NCBI GenBank assembly: GCA_949284685.1
Contig: CASDWE010000002.1
Coordinates: 448,476-512,475 of the forward strand
Source of the DNA: an uncultured bacterium
GTDB lineage: Bacteria; Bacillota_I; Bacilli_A; RFN20; CAG-826
Direction of reading: 5' to 3'
DNA length: 64,000 bases
In this document: positions 42,296-51,785 of the stretch, in pieces
How positions within the stretch are numbered: position 1 is the stretch's first letter
How the letters are laid out: the number at the start of each line of letters is the position of its first letter
The notes under the pieces: model-generated
Seen by the model: only the letters and a program-made list of their open reading frames with translations
Told to the model about the DNA's origin: nothing
Database searches by the model: none
Position numbers and translations under genes: made by a program

Positions 42296-43272
42296 GTAGA
42301 AAAAAACGTGAAATTTTATTGATAATCTATCATAATTTTCTAGTTATTTTAGGATCTTGTGTTCTTGCATTTGGAACTGCGTTGTTTTTGACCAAAAATA
42401 CCATAGTAGCAGGAGGATTAAGCGGTATTGCTTTTATAGTTCAATTTTACTTACAAGATTTTATTGGCAATTTAGATACAATTGTTGATATTGTTGTATG
42501 GATTTTCAATATTGCTTTTTGGATTTTATCTTTATTTACTCTTGGAAAAACATTCGCTTTAAGAACTTTGGTAGCAACACTTGTATTTCCGGCCTTTTTA
42601 ACTCTTTTTACACGTGTTGATGTTTTTGTTGAACTTGCAGATGTTATTGGTGGAATAGGGCAAAATATGGATATGTCTTCTGAAATAGGATATTTGTTGT
42701 TTTGTGGTATATGTGGTGGAATTTGTGTTGGTTTAGGAATATCCCTTACTTTTCTTGGAAAGGGATCCACTGGTGGGGTTGATGTTTTGTCTTTTTTGTT
42801 AAATAAATTGTTCGGTATCAAAGTTTCAATATGTTCATTAGCTATTGATTCAACAATAATTATTATTGGAATGATTTGTCTTTGCGTTAAAGATATTAAT
42901 CTTATTTTAAATTGTTTATGTGGTATTATTTCTGCGATTATCACATCATTAGTTATTGAAGTGATGTTTTCAAGAAAGCAAAATGCATTTATTTTACATA
43001 TTATTAGTGACAAGCATAATGAAATTTCAGATTATATAATGAATAAGATGGAGCGAGGCGTAACCGTTATTAATGTTAAAGGGGCATATACAGGTCAAGA
43101 TCGTATTATGATTGAAACTGTATTAAGCCGAAATGAATATATTGAAATTAAAGATGTTATATCAAAAATTGATCCGCAAGCATTTCTAACATTTACTGAT
43201 ACAAATGCAGTTTATGGAGAGGGCTTTAGAGAAAATTTTGGTGCAAGTGTTTTTAAAAAACGAAAAAAATAG
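42292..43272 (+). CDS. YitT-family membrane protein (DUF161 + DUF2179)
   Basis: Polytopic membrane N-terminal part with a soluble C-terminal DUF2179-like domain. Confidence 0.65.
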   Translation: MSRKKREILLIIYHNFLVILGSCVLAFGTALFLTKNTIVAGGLSGIAFIVQFYLQDFIGNLDTIVDIVVWIFNIAFWILSLFTLGKTFALRTLVATLVFPAFLTLFTRVDVFVELADVIGGIGQNMDMSSEIGYLLFCGICGGICVGLGISLTFLGKGSTGGVDVLSFLLNKLFGIKVSICSLAIDSTIIIIGMICLCVKDINLILNCLCGIISAIITSLVIEVMFSRKQNAFILHIISDKHNEISDYIMNKMERGVTVINVKGAYTGQDRIMIETVLSRNEYIEIKDVISKIDPQAFLTFTDTNAVYGEGFRENFGASVFKKRKK

Positions 43273-43282
43273 TGGAGTTTTG

Positions 43283-45265
43283 ATGGAAAATAATAAAAGT
43301 TTTCAATTAATTTCAAACTTTAAACCAACTGGCGATCAACCAGAAGCAATCAAACAATTAGTGCAAGGTTTAAAAGAAAATAAAAAATTTCAAGTTTTGT
43401 TAGGTGCAACCGGAACAGGCAAAACTTTTACTATGGCAAATGTTATTGAGCAAATTAATAAGCCAACTCTAGTTATTGTTCATAACAAAACACTTGCTGG
43501 TCAGTTATATAGTGAATTTAAAATGTTATTTCCAAATAATCGAGTGGAATATTTTGTTAGTAATTTTGACTTTTATCAACCGGAAGCCTATATTCCTAAA
43601 ACCGATACATATATCGATAAAAATGCTGTAATGAATGAAGATATTGAAATGATGCGTACTAGTGCGATAAATTCAATATTAGAAAGACGCGACACTATTA
43701 TTGTAGCTAGTGTTGCTTCTATTTTTGGCTTAACTGATCCTGATGAATATAGACGATTAGTCTTTGAAATTCGAGTAGGCGAGACTTTAAATAGAAAAGA
43801 TTTCTTTAATAAATTAATAGCGTCACAATATAAAAGAAATAATTTAGATTTAACACCAGGAACTTTTCGAGTTAGGGGAGATATTATAGAAATCTTTCCG
43901 GCTTCTTATGAATCGAATTATATTATTAGAATCGATACTTTTGGTGATGAAATAGAAAACATTTATATGTGCGATAATTTGACTGGAGAAGTTTTACATT
44001 CGTATCATAGTTATCCAATTTTTCCTGCTTATGATCATGCTTCCACTATTGAAAGAATTAGAAAAGCGTGCCTTTCTATACGCGAAGAATTAAAACAAAG
44101 ATTATCGTTTTTTCATAAGGAAGGTAAACTTCTTGAAGAAGAAAGATTAGAAATGAGAACTAACCACGATCTAGAATCATTACAAGAATTTGGTATATGT
44201 CCTGGAATTGAAAATTACGCTAGACATATTGATGGAAGAAAAGAAGGAGAAAAACCATACTGTTTATTAGATTATTTCCCAAAAGATTATCTTATGATAG
44301 TGGATGAATCTCATGCAACATTTCCACAAATTCGTGGGATGTATAATGGTGATAGATCAAGAAAATTAACATTAGTGGAATACGGATTTCGTTTGCCTAG
44401 TGCATTAGATAACAGACCTTTAAATTTTAATGAATTTGAAGATGAATTAAATCAAGTAATCTGCACAAGTGCAACGCCTGGTGATTATGAGCTCCAAAAA
44501 ACTAACAATGTTGTTGTCGAACAAATAATCCGTCCGACAGGTTTGTTAGATCCAAAAGTAACTGTTAAAAAAACCACGGGTCAAATAGACGATATATTAA
44601 ACAACATTAAAGAAAGAATCAAAAAAAATCAAAGATGTATGATTGTAACTTTGACTGTGAAAATGGCGGAAGATTTAACCGATTATTTAAAAGAAAAAAA
44701 TGTGAAAGTTGTTTATTTGCATCATGAAGTAAAAACTTTACAAAGAAGTGAAATCATATATCAATTAAGAAAAGGCAAATATGATGTTTTAGTTGGAGTT
44801 AATTTATTAAGAGAAGGTTTAGATATTCCAGAAGTTTCTTTGGTTATGATATTAGATGCTGACAAAGAAGGATTTTTAAGAACGACGAGATCTTTAATAC
44901 AAGTCATTGGACGTGCTGCACGTAATGCTGAAGGAGAAGTTATCATGTATGCTGACAGTGTTACTACATCGATGAAAATGGCGATTGATGAGACAAATAG
45001 ACGTCGTTTTATACAAAATCAATATAATGTAGAAAATGGTATCGTTCCTAAGACTATTATTAAAGACATTGTTCCACCAATTAAAAATATTGATGAAGTT
45101 GATTATAAAGAAAATAAAAAACTATCGAGCAAACTGTCGAAAAGTCAATTGCAATTACACATCAATGATTTAGAAAAGCAAATGCGTAAAGCCGCAAACG
45201 AATTTGATTTTGAAAAAGCTGCTGAACTTCGCGATATCATATTAGATTTAAAGGCAACACTATAG
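43283..45265 (+). CDS. uvrB: Excinuclease ABC subunit B
   Basis: MENNKSFQLISNFKPTGDQPEAI N-terminus, GATGTGKT Walker A, and a C-terminal UVR domain. I placed the start at 43283, after an AGTGGAG ribosome-binding site. Confidence 0.9.
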   Translation: MENNKSFQLISNFKPTGDQPEAIKQLVQGLKENKKFQVLLGATGTGKTFTMANVIEQINKPTLVIVHNKTLAGQLYSEFKMLFPNNRVEYFVSNFDFYQPEAYIPKTDTYIDKNAVMNEDIEMMRTSAINSILERRDTIIVASVASIFGLTDPDEYRRLVFEIRVGETLNRKDFFNKLIASQYKRNNLDLTPGTFRVRGDIIEIFPASYESNYIIRIDTFGDEIENIYMCDNLTGEVLHSYHSYPIFPAYDHASTIERIRKACLSIREELKQRLSFFHKEGKLLEEERLEMRTNHDLESLQEFGICPGIENYARHIDGRKEGEKPYCLLDYFPKDYLMIVDESHATFPQIRGMYNGDRSRKLTLVEYGFRLPSALDNRPLNFNEFEDELNQVICTSATPGDYELQKTNNVVVEQIIRPTGLLDPKVTVKKTTGQIDDILNNIKERIKKNQRCMIVTLTVKMAEDLTDYLKEKNVKVVYLHHEVKTLQRSEIIYQLRKGKYDVLVGVNLLREGLDIPEVSLVMILDADKEGFLRTTRSLIQVIGRAARNAEGEVIMYADSVTTSMKMAIDETNRRRFIQNQYNVENGIVPKTIIKDIVPPIKNIDEVDYKENKKLSSKLSKSQLQLHINDLEKQMRKAANEFDFEKAAELRDIILDLKATL

Positions 45266-45277
45266 TAAAATAATTTT

Positions 45278-45841
45278 ATGGATAAAAATAAAAATAAAAT
45301 AGAAATTTTAGCTAAACGATTAAACATTCCTCTTGATAAAGAAAATAGAGCAATTTTAAACATGAAAGTAAGTGATGATAGCAACTTTTTATCCCCTTAT
45401 TATTACGATAATCCAATTATAAGTGAAGAAGTTAATAACTTTTTATTTTCTAATAAAAATATTCTTATGTGGAAAGGTGGATTAACAATCAATATCCTAA
45501 GTAATGTAATAAAAAAAGAGAATCAAGAAGTTTATATTTCGGCAATTAAAAGCTATTATCAAGACTATGTTACACATAGTAAAAATCAAATTAAACGGAA
45601 TTATATTTTATCTGGCGTTTTATTTATAATTGGTGTCTTAGTTTTTGCCTTACTTTTTATTTTGGATTATTTATTTTCTAATAATTTAGGTATGTGGAAT
45701 GAAGTAATTGATGTTATTGCTTGGGTTTTTATATGGGAAGCAGTGGATGTTGCTTTTATTCAAAAAATCGAGCATTCTGGTGATATTAAAATGGCTAAGA
45801 ACATTATAAATGCTAAAATTGTATTTGAAGAATTAGATTAA
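45278..45841 (+). CDS. Hypothetical membrane-anchored protein
   Basis: Soluble N-terminal domain plus two C-terminal TM helices; no recognisable motif. Confidence 0.35.
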   Translation: MDKNKNKIEILAKRLNIPLDKENRAILNMKVSDDSNFLSPYYYDNPIISEEVNNFLFSNKNILMWKGGLTINILSNVIKKENQEVYISAIKSYYQDYVTHSKNQIKRNYILSGVLFIIGVLVFALLFILDYLFSNNLGMWNEVIDVIAWVFIWEAVDVAFIQKIEHSGDIKMAKNIINAKIVFEELD

Positions 45842-45902
45842 ATGTTGCGTTTTTTTTGTTTTTTATATATTATAAAAAGGCATATTCAAAAGGAGTGCGT
45901 AT

Positions 45903-46166
45903 TTGTTTATGAATTGGTATGATTATTTGTTCCTAATAATGTCAGTCGTATTAATAGTTCTATGTTTATTACAAGGTGGCAAAACCGAAGGTGCATCTGG
46001 TGCTATTACAGGTGGTGGCTTAAACGTTTTTGTAAAAACTAAAGAACGTGGAAGCGAAAGAGTAGTAGCTATCTTAACATATGTCGCTGCAATTATATTC
46101 TTTGTATTTGCCGTTTTGATTCAAGTATTAGGCACGGCATTAGCGACAACTTCAACCTCTGTATAA
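45903..46166 (+). CDS. secG: Preprotein translocase subunit SecG
   Basis: LLQGGKTEGASGAITGGG glycine-rich loop flanked by two TM helices. Confidence 0.7.
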   Translation: MFMNWYDYLFLIMSVVLIVLCLLQGGKTEGASGAITGGGLNVFVKTKERGSERVVAILTYVAAIIFFVFAVLIQVLGTALATTSTSV

Positions 46167-46191
46167 TCACTAATCTTAAAATGTAAAAATA

Positions 46192-46218
46192 AAGTAACTA
46201 ATTGGTTACTTTTTTTAT
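46192..46218. terminator. Bidirectional rho-independent terminator (secG / HdeD-like gene convergent)
   Basis: AGTAAC-TAATTG-GTTACT hairpin followed by a T7 run. Confidence 0.55.
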
Positions 46219-46919
46219 TTTTCTGTATTGTTATTATCATTCATTGGTAATTGTTTTCTTGTTGTTTTTCTAGTTCGTTTTGTTTTAGCTTCCACAATAT
46301 TATTTTGGCTAACATCGACATGTTGTGTAACAACAACTTCTGGTTGTGCCGGGCTTTCTTCTTTCTTCTTTTTTAATTCTTCTACCGCTAAGATAATATC
46401 AAAAATACCTAACACGGTAATTGATGTTCCTAAAATGATATAAATGATATTTATTGCTTCAGCATCACGATAAATTAAACACGCAACGCCTAAACCAATT
46501 CCAGCAACAGCAATAACCATATCTAAAATTATCCAACCTAATGCGGCTTTAAAATAAATATGGACGATAGATTTAATTAAATATGATCCACCACAAGTTA
46601 ATAAGATAACAGCAACGAATATCGCTAATATGTTTTGAACTGATTGTTGACCAACATCAGTGCATAAGACCGCTCCTATTGCGATAAATAGTGCACCAAA
46701 AATTATGCTCAAAGAAAAGTTCTTTTTTGGATCAACGATTATAGCAAATAAAGTTATACCACCATCGATAAATAAGAATACCGCAATTACAATTGAAAGT
46801 GCTTGGGTCATATTATCACGATCAATTCCGCCCAAAATTCCTACTAATAATCCTAATAATATTAATAAAATCCCTTCAACAATTTTTACCCAAGACCATC
46901 TAGATAATAAAGTTTTCAT
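46215..46919 (-). CDS. HdeD-like (DUF308) membrane protein with basic C-terminal tail
   Basis: Repeated small-residue TM helices and a lysine/arginine-rich C-terminus. Confidence 0.5.
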   Translation of the reverse strand: MKTLLSRWSWVKIVEGILLILLGLLVGILGGIDRDNMTQALSIVIAVFLFIDGGITLFAIIVDPKKNFSLSIIFGALFIAIGAVLCTDVGQQSVQNILAIFVAVILLTCGGSYLIKSIVHIYFKAALGWIILDMVIAVAGIGLGVACLIYRDAEAINIIYIILGTSITVLGIFDIILAVEELKKKKEESPAQPEVVVTQHVDVSQNNIVEAKTKRTRKTTRKQLPMNDNNNTEK

Positions 46920-46969
46920 AATTTTTCCCTCTGCTTTATTATTAGTATATTATATATTCCTATTTTTTA

Positions 46970-47293
46970 TTATAAATAAAATTCTTCACTATCAATATTT
47001 AATATATCGTTAAATCTTAAATTTAGAGAATTTTGCAAATAAATTATTTTATTTTCTACATCAATTTTTTCTATTTTGCTTTGTATCATATAAATATATC
47101 CATCATTAAAATATGTAATATTTAATGCCGATTTATAATCATATGAATATAAAATATAATTAATGTTTTCTTTTATATCATTAGAAATTATTGGCTTATC
47201 AATCTTATTTTTTTCATACATTAAATTGGAAATAAATTGTTCTTGTTCGACAAGCGATTTATAAGCCAAATACTTTTTCATTCCTCTTCCCAT
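46970..47293 (-). CDS. YolD-like protein (Y-family polymerase accessory)
   Basis: MGRGMKKYLAYKSLVEQEQFI fits the N-terminal YolD pattern RGMxKWxPFxSLxE; lies directly downstream of the Y-family polymerase gene, as with yolD/uvrX and yqzH/yqjW in Bacillus. Confidence 0.55.
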   Translation of the reverse strand: MGRGMKKYLAYKSLVEQEQFISNLMYEKNKIDKPIISNDIKENINYILYSYDYKSALNITYFNDGYIYMIQSKIEKIDVENKIIYLQNSLNLRFNDILNIDSEEFYL

Positions 47294-47295
47294 AT

Positions 47296-48537
47296 TTATC
47301 GTTTGTGACCTCCTATAAAGCCATGTCTTTCTATTATCGTAGAATGTTTGAGTAGAGCAGTAGCACGCATAATAGAATTGTTTCCGAAACGCGATTGTAT
47401 ATTATCAATAGTATTTTCTAATAGCTTTAACTTTTCTTGTTTTTTACAATCTTCAAATAAATCAATTTGGAAATATGAGTTATATTGTTTTAATTTTGAA
47501 AATGTGATTGATACTTTTCTTATCTTTTTTTCCTTATCAATAAATTTTTCATATATTTGTAATAATGCAGAATATAATTCAAAAGAAGAATCATATTGTC
47601 TTAACAAGGAAAGTTGTCTAAAAAAACTTCCGTTTTTGCTATATCCGATATATAAAGATACACATCCACAAGTTTTATTCATTAAACGCATTCTTTGTGT
47701 TAAATCATCACATAATTCTCTTATAATTAATTTAGTCTGAATATAATCATAATCAAAAAATAATGTTTGGCCATTAGTAAGAGAAGTGGATACTGGAATA
47801 TATTTTTCTCTAATATTGGTGTCATCAATACCATTAATATGTTGGTATAATTCTTCTCCTATAATTCCAAATTGATTCATTAAAAAATTTTTATTTGCTT
47901 TTAACATATCTTTATATGAATAAATGCCAAAATAATTGAGTTTTGCCATGATTTTATCTCCAATTCCCCAAATTTTATTTAAAGGAAATATATTAAAATC
48001 GTTTTTGAAAACATCTTCTTTTTTTAGAAAAAATATTCCATCTTCTCTTTGCTTTGCAAAATTATCTAACGACAATTTTGCTAAAAACATATTTTCTCCT
48101 ATTCCTATTGTTGTCTCTAAACCTGTTAAATTTTTTATTTCACATTTTATTTTTTTAACTAAATCGTATGGATTAAGTTTATAGTAATTTAAATAAGGCG
48201 TTAAATTAATGAAACATTCATCGATTGAATATATGTGTAGGTCTTCTTCACTAATAAAGTTTAAGATAATTGAAAATACATTATTTGACATTTCTAAATA
48301 TCTTTCCATTCTTGGTACAGCATAAATGTAATTTTCTCCAGAAGGTAAATCTTTTATTCTTAATCTAGAAGGAATGCCTTTATTTTTTAAATATGGTGTA
48401 ACAGAAAGAATAATAGTATTTTTGCTTCGCGATTTATCTGCGACCACCAGCGGTGTTTCATATGGATTAAGATTTCGATCTACACATTCTACATATGAAT
48501 AAAAAGATTTCAAATCAATAACTGCATATATATTCAT
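47296..48537 (-). CDS. Y-family translesion DNA polymerase (UmuC/DinB/UvrX-like)
   Basis: MNIYAVIDLKSFYSYVECVDRNLNP... matches the IMS/UmuC N-terminal signature DxxxFYASVE. Confidence 0.85.
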   Translation of the reverse strand: MNIYAVIDLKSFYSYVECVDRNLNPYETPLVVADKSRSKNTIILSVTPYLKNKGIPSRLRIKDLPSGENYIYAVPRMERYLEMSNNVFSIILNFISEEDLHIYSIDECFINLTPYLNYYKLNPYDLVKKIKCEIKNLTGLETTIGIGENMFLAKLSLDNFAKQREDGIFFLKKEDVFKNDFNIFPLNKIWGIGDKIMAKLNYFGIYSYKDMLKANKNFLMNQFGIIGEELYQHINGIDDTNIREKYIPVSTSLTNGQTLFFDYDYIQTKLIIRELCDDLTQRMRLMNKTCGCVSLYIGYSKNGSFFRQLSLLRQYDSSFELYSALLQIYEKFIDKEKKIRKVSITFSKLKQYNSYFQIDLFEDCKKQEKLKLLENTIDNIQSRFGNNSIMRATALLKHSTIIERHGFIGGHKR

Positions 48538-48652
48538 GACTAAATCATATATCGATAATATTTATTTATAAGTCTTGACAAAGTCAGACATTAATTCATT
48601 TATTGATATAGTTGAAAATTAGTATTTTTCTATTTGTCATTGTATAAACTTA

Positions 48653-48681
48653 TTGTCAATTTAATAATAATTAACTAAAAT
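48653..48681 (+). promoter_or_regulatory. Putative sigma-A promoter of tRNA-Ala
   Basis: TTGTCA, a 17-nt spacer, then TAAAAT, ending 12 nt before the tRNA 5' end. Confidence 0.45.
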
Positions 48682-48693
48682 AGTTAATGCATT

Positions 48694-48769
48694 GGGCCTG
48701 TAGCTCACCTGGGAGAGCGCATCGTTCGCAACGATGAGGTAGAGGGTTCGATCCCCTTCAGGTCCACCA
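48694..48769 (+). tRNA. tRNA-Ala, anticodon CGC
   Basis: Hand-folded cloverleaf: 7-bp acceptor stem with a G3:U70 alanine identity pair, D-arm GCTC/GAGC, anticodon loop TTCGCAA, T-loop TTCGATC, discriminator A and an encoded CCA. Confidence 0.9.
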
Positions 48770-48783
48770 AAAAGCAGACTAGG

Positions 48784-48808
48784 TCTGACAAAATTGTCAG
48801 ATTTTTTT
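48784..48808 (+). terminator. Rho-independent terminator after tRNA-Ala
   Basis: TCTGACA-AAAT-TGTCAGA hairpin followed by a T7 run. Confidence 0.7.
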
Positions 48809-48968
48809 ATTTTAAATTAGGGCAATTTGAATGCTAAATACCAGGTCTTTGTAATGGATATGGCGTAATGTAAATAGACAAAGTTGATACATAAAACTTA
48901 ACCATTACGTGACAACATTTTTTTATCCTAATAATATATTTACATTAAAATCGCTAATATATTAACAC

Positions 48969-49220
48969 ATGGAAGAGAAAGCACTACAATTTGTTACATA
49001 TTATGAAAAGCAGTTAGAAATTGCTAAACGTTTTGTTTTGATTAGAAAAAATAGAAAAATATCGCAGCGAAGATTATCTGAAATATCTGGTGTCAGCTAT
49101 GCTTCCATTAGAAGATTTGAAAAAACAGGAAACATATCTTTATCTTCTTTAGTTAAACTTGCATTAGTTTTGCAACTATACGATGATTTAGATAATTTTT
49201 TAAAAAATATAAATCAATAG
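48969..49220 (+). CDS. XRE-family helix-turn-helix transcriptional regulator (HipB-like size)
   Basis: ISQRRLSEISGVSYASIRRFEKTGN matches an XRE HTH. Confidence 0.7.
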   Translation: MEEKALQFVTYYEKQLEIAKRFVLIRKNRKISQRRLSEISGVSYASIRRFEKTGNISLSSLVKLALVLQLYDDLDNFLKNINQ

Positions 49221-49232
49221 AGGAAGTAATCA

Positions 49233-49440
49233 ATGATAAATAAAATTGATGTTTTTGCGAGCAAGATTAAAGTTGGAACTCTTGCCTTAACCAAACAAAA
49301 ACAAGTAGCTTTCAGTAAATGGTAAAGGTAAGGAAATTACTGAGGAAGATATGATTAAAGTTGCGATAAAAAACAAAATTGATGTTTCTATTGCTAAAGA
49401 TACCATTAATAAATTCCATTTATTATTAAAAAATAATATT
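49233..49440 (+). pseudogene. HipA N-terminal-like fragment (decayed toxin gene?)
   Basis: A 30-codon ORF (MINKIDVFASKIKVGTLALTKQKQVAFSKW*) resembles the start of the HipA N-terminal coupling domain (LxVxxNGxxVGxLxxxxxxxxFxY). Translation continues only after a frameshift and ends at 49440; the ~580 bp that follow are non-coding. Confidence 0.3.
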
Positions 49441-49697
49441 AAATCTTAATAGAATTTAACATCACTTGAATAAATACAAGAACAAAAAACATTAAATACA
49501 TCAGCCCTGATAAAGGTAGATTAAAAGCATAATATGTAGGCACATAATCAGTAGTGTTATCTGGCTGTTTTAAACTATTGGAGATATTTCAGCAAGCAAT
49601 ATAAAAATATATTAAATATCATGTCATCAATATCTACTTTTAATAGTTTAATTCGCAAGTATTAAAAATTAATAAAATATGGGCAAATAATATTTTT

Positions 49698-49868
49698 ATG
49701 AAATGTGTTTTAATTGCTGAACCTATATTTTTGATAATTCATATTGTTGTATTTACTTTATCAACAGTATATTCTTGGTTCTTTTTATGGACAATACTTA
49801 CTTTTGTTTTTGGACTTATCTACTTTATATTCCTATTGTTTTATATATTGAGATATATGGGCGTATAA
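49698..49868 (+). CDS. Possible ~56-aa 2-TM small membrane protein, below the ORF-track cutoff
   Basis: ATG 49698 ... TAA 49866, translating MKCVLIAEPIFLIIHIVVFTLSTVYSWFFLWTILTFVFGLIYFIFLLFYILRYMGV. The -1 frame continues as a charged tail to 49950. Confidence 0.2.
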   Translation: MKCVLIAEPIFLIIHIVVFTLSTVYSWFFLWTILTFVFGLIYFIFLLFYILRYMGV

Positions 49869-50019
49869 AATTTAAAAATGATGTAGAAAAATCTATTGAA
49901 CCTCTAATAGAAAATGAGCAATCAAAAAAGCAAGATATTGATGATTTTTGAAAATAACCAGTTTTTATAAAATTAAGAAACGACAAACTTAATTTAAAAA
50001 TATTTAAAACATATCTTTT

Positions 50020-50658
50020 TTATTGTATTACATTGCATCCATCCAAAATTTCTGGAAAATTTTTAATTGAATCTTTTTTGGTAATTTGTCTAATAACTTT
50101 ACATGGGTTTCCTGCTGCAAAAGAATTATCTGGAATATCTTTGACAACAACGCTTCCAGCACCTATTACACAATTATTTCCAATATGGACCCCACTACAT
50201 ATAGTTACATTTGCACAAATCCAACAATTGTCACCTATATAGACAGGTTTAGCGTAACATAATACTTCTTTTTTTCCTTGTCTATCTAACATATTATTTC
50301 TTTCGTTTGGAAGAAGTGGGTGAACAGGTGTAACAATGGTAATATTTGGTCCAAAAAAGCAATTGTCACCAATTGTTATATAAGTATCGTCTTGTAAAGT
50401 TAAATTAAAGCTTGCGACGAAATTATTTCCAATGCTTGTATGAATTCCATAATGAAAATATATAGGTCCGACAATTGAAATATTATTTCCCATTGAATTA
50501 AGTATTTTTCGCAGTATTTTTTGTCTTTTCTTTTGCTGAGACTCCTTGGTTTTGTTATAAATTTGATTATATTTATGTGCTTTAAATTTAAGTTTTTTAA
50601 GTTCATCATCAGAGGCTTGAAATAATTTGCCTTCTAATGCTTTTTGTTCTTGAATCAT
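50020..50658 (-). CDS. Maltose/galactoside O-acetyltransferase-like (left-handed beta-helix hexapeptide transferase with Mac N-domain)
   Basis: N-terminal Mac domain followed by hexapeptide repeats (IGDNCFFGPNITI..., IGDNCWICANVTI...). Confidence 0.8.
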   Translation of the reverse strand: MIQEQKALEGKLFQASDDELKKLKFKAHKYNQIYNKTKESQQKKRQKILRKILNSMGNNISIVGPIYFHYGIHTSIGNNFVASFNLTLQDDTYITIGDNCFFGPNITIVTPVHPLLPNERNNMLDRQGKKEVLCYAKPVYIGDNCWICANVTICSGVHIGNNCVIGAGSVVVKDIPDNSFAAGNPCKVIRQITKKDSIKNFPEILDGCNVIQ

Positions 50659-50694
50659 GAGCTTTCCTCCTGGGTTTATTATATATAAAATGTA

Positions 50695-51525
50695 ATGTTC
50701 AAAAAAACAATTTTAAATTTAAATAAATTTCATAGTATTGTAAAATACATGGCGATGAAAAAAGTTTTAAAATCTATTATTGATATATTTAAATGGTTTG
50801 AATGGATATTTGTTATAGGAAGTTTAATTACATTAGTTACATTATCGATTATTTATAAATCTCCTATTTTAGAAATTATATCGGTTATATTTGGTCTTTT
50901 ATCGGCAGTTTTAAATTGCAAAAGGAAAAAATATGCTTTTTTTATCTACGCAATATATGTCATCTTATATGGTGCATTTGCCTTCACCCAAGCACAATAC
51001 GGCGAAGGAATTTTAAATACCTGCATTAACTTACCAATATATCTTTATACAATTTATAAATATTACATTAAAGATCACATTAAAAAGAAAAATGAAAAAA
51101 ATAGCGGTGAAGTAAAAGAAAAAAACTCCAACTTTAAAATCGGAACACTAACTAAAAAAATGATAATAGTAATTGTTATCATCATACCATTAGTCACTGG
51201 ATTATATGGCTATATATTATCACTTATAAATTCTAATTATCCTTATGTTAATGCTTTAGCGACTTCTTTTGCCTTGGTCGCGGTATTTCTAACTAGCATG
51301 GGCGTTACTTGGCAGTGGTTATTTTGGACATTTTATAGTTCGACGAATGCAGTATTATGGTCATTAAATTTTGCTAATAGTAACGAGGGATTGTTATATA
51401 TTGTTTTAAGTTGCATTTATGTGACCATAAACACTTATAGTCTTATTACATGGATAAAAGAAAAGAAGTTACAAGAAAGCAAACAATTACAATCCACTAC
51501 TACAAATAGCGGTGAAAATCAATAA
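50695..51525 (+). CDS. pnuC: Nicotinamide riboside transporter PnuC family
   Basis: PnuC-like N-terminal helices (FEWIFVIGSLITLVTLSIIYKSPILEI) and an LWSLNF region; the real start is probably the internal Met at 50752 or 50758. Confidence 0.7.
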   Translation: MFKKTILNLNKFHSIVKYMAMKKVLKSIIDIFKWFEWIFVIGSLITLVTLSIIYKSPILEIISVIFGLLSAVLNCKRKKYAFFIYAIYVILYGAFAFTQAQYGEGILNTCINLPIYLYTIYKYYIKDHIKKKNEKNSGEVKEKNSNFKIGTLTKKMIIVIVIIIPLVTGLYGYILSLINSNYPYVNALATSFALVAVFLTSMGVTWQWLFWTFYSSTNAVLWSLNFANSNEGLLYIVLSCIYVTINTYSLITWIKEKKLQESKQLQSTTTNSGENQ

Positions 51526-51785
51526 ACATTATTGTTAATATAATCTAAGTCTAATTCATCGATATGATCTTTTAATTCTTTTCCAGCCTCATTTATTCGA
51601 GCAACCATCGCTTTTGTTTGTTCATCTTTTTTTGTAGAGGGCGCCATAGAAATAAAGCCCAAAGACATAATTAATTCTAAAACATCATTTTTGCTTTTTA
51701 ATAAATCTTTTTTTGAATTGTTATTAAAAGAATTGCTCAATTCTTTCAAAGTTTTTAAACATGTATCACTTACTTTATAACTCAT
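51519..51785 (-). CDS. Hypothetical small helical protein
   Basis: 88-aa ORF convergent with pnuC; no motif recognised. Confidence 0.3.
   Translation of the reverse strand: MSYKVSDTCLKTLKELSNSFNNNSKKDLLKSKNDVLELIMSLGFISMAPSTKKDEQTKAMVARINEAGKELKDHIDELDLDYINNNVY

Noticed and set aside
48858-48909. Inverted repeat CGTAATG...CATTACG upstream of the XRE regulator as an operator
   Set aside because: A 7-bp arm with a 38-bp spacer is weak evidence in AT-rich DNA; not reported as a feature
48770-50019. Intact prophage or integrative element at the tRNA-Ala 3' end
   Set aside because: There is no integrase and no direct repeat of the tRNA 3' end (CCTTCAGGTCCACCA) downstream; at most a decayed remnant remains
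50659-50757. pnuC-motif or NAD+ riboswitch upstream of pnuC
   Set aside because: I cannot recognise a conserved structure by eye; the region is AT-rich with no clear helices. An Rfam scan could still be run
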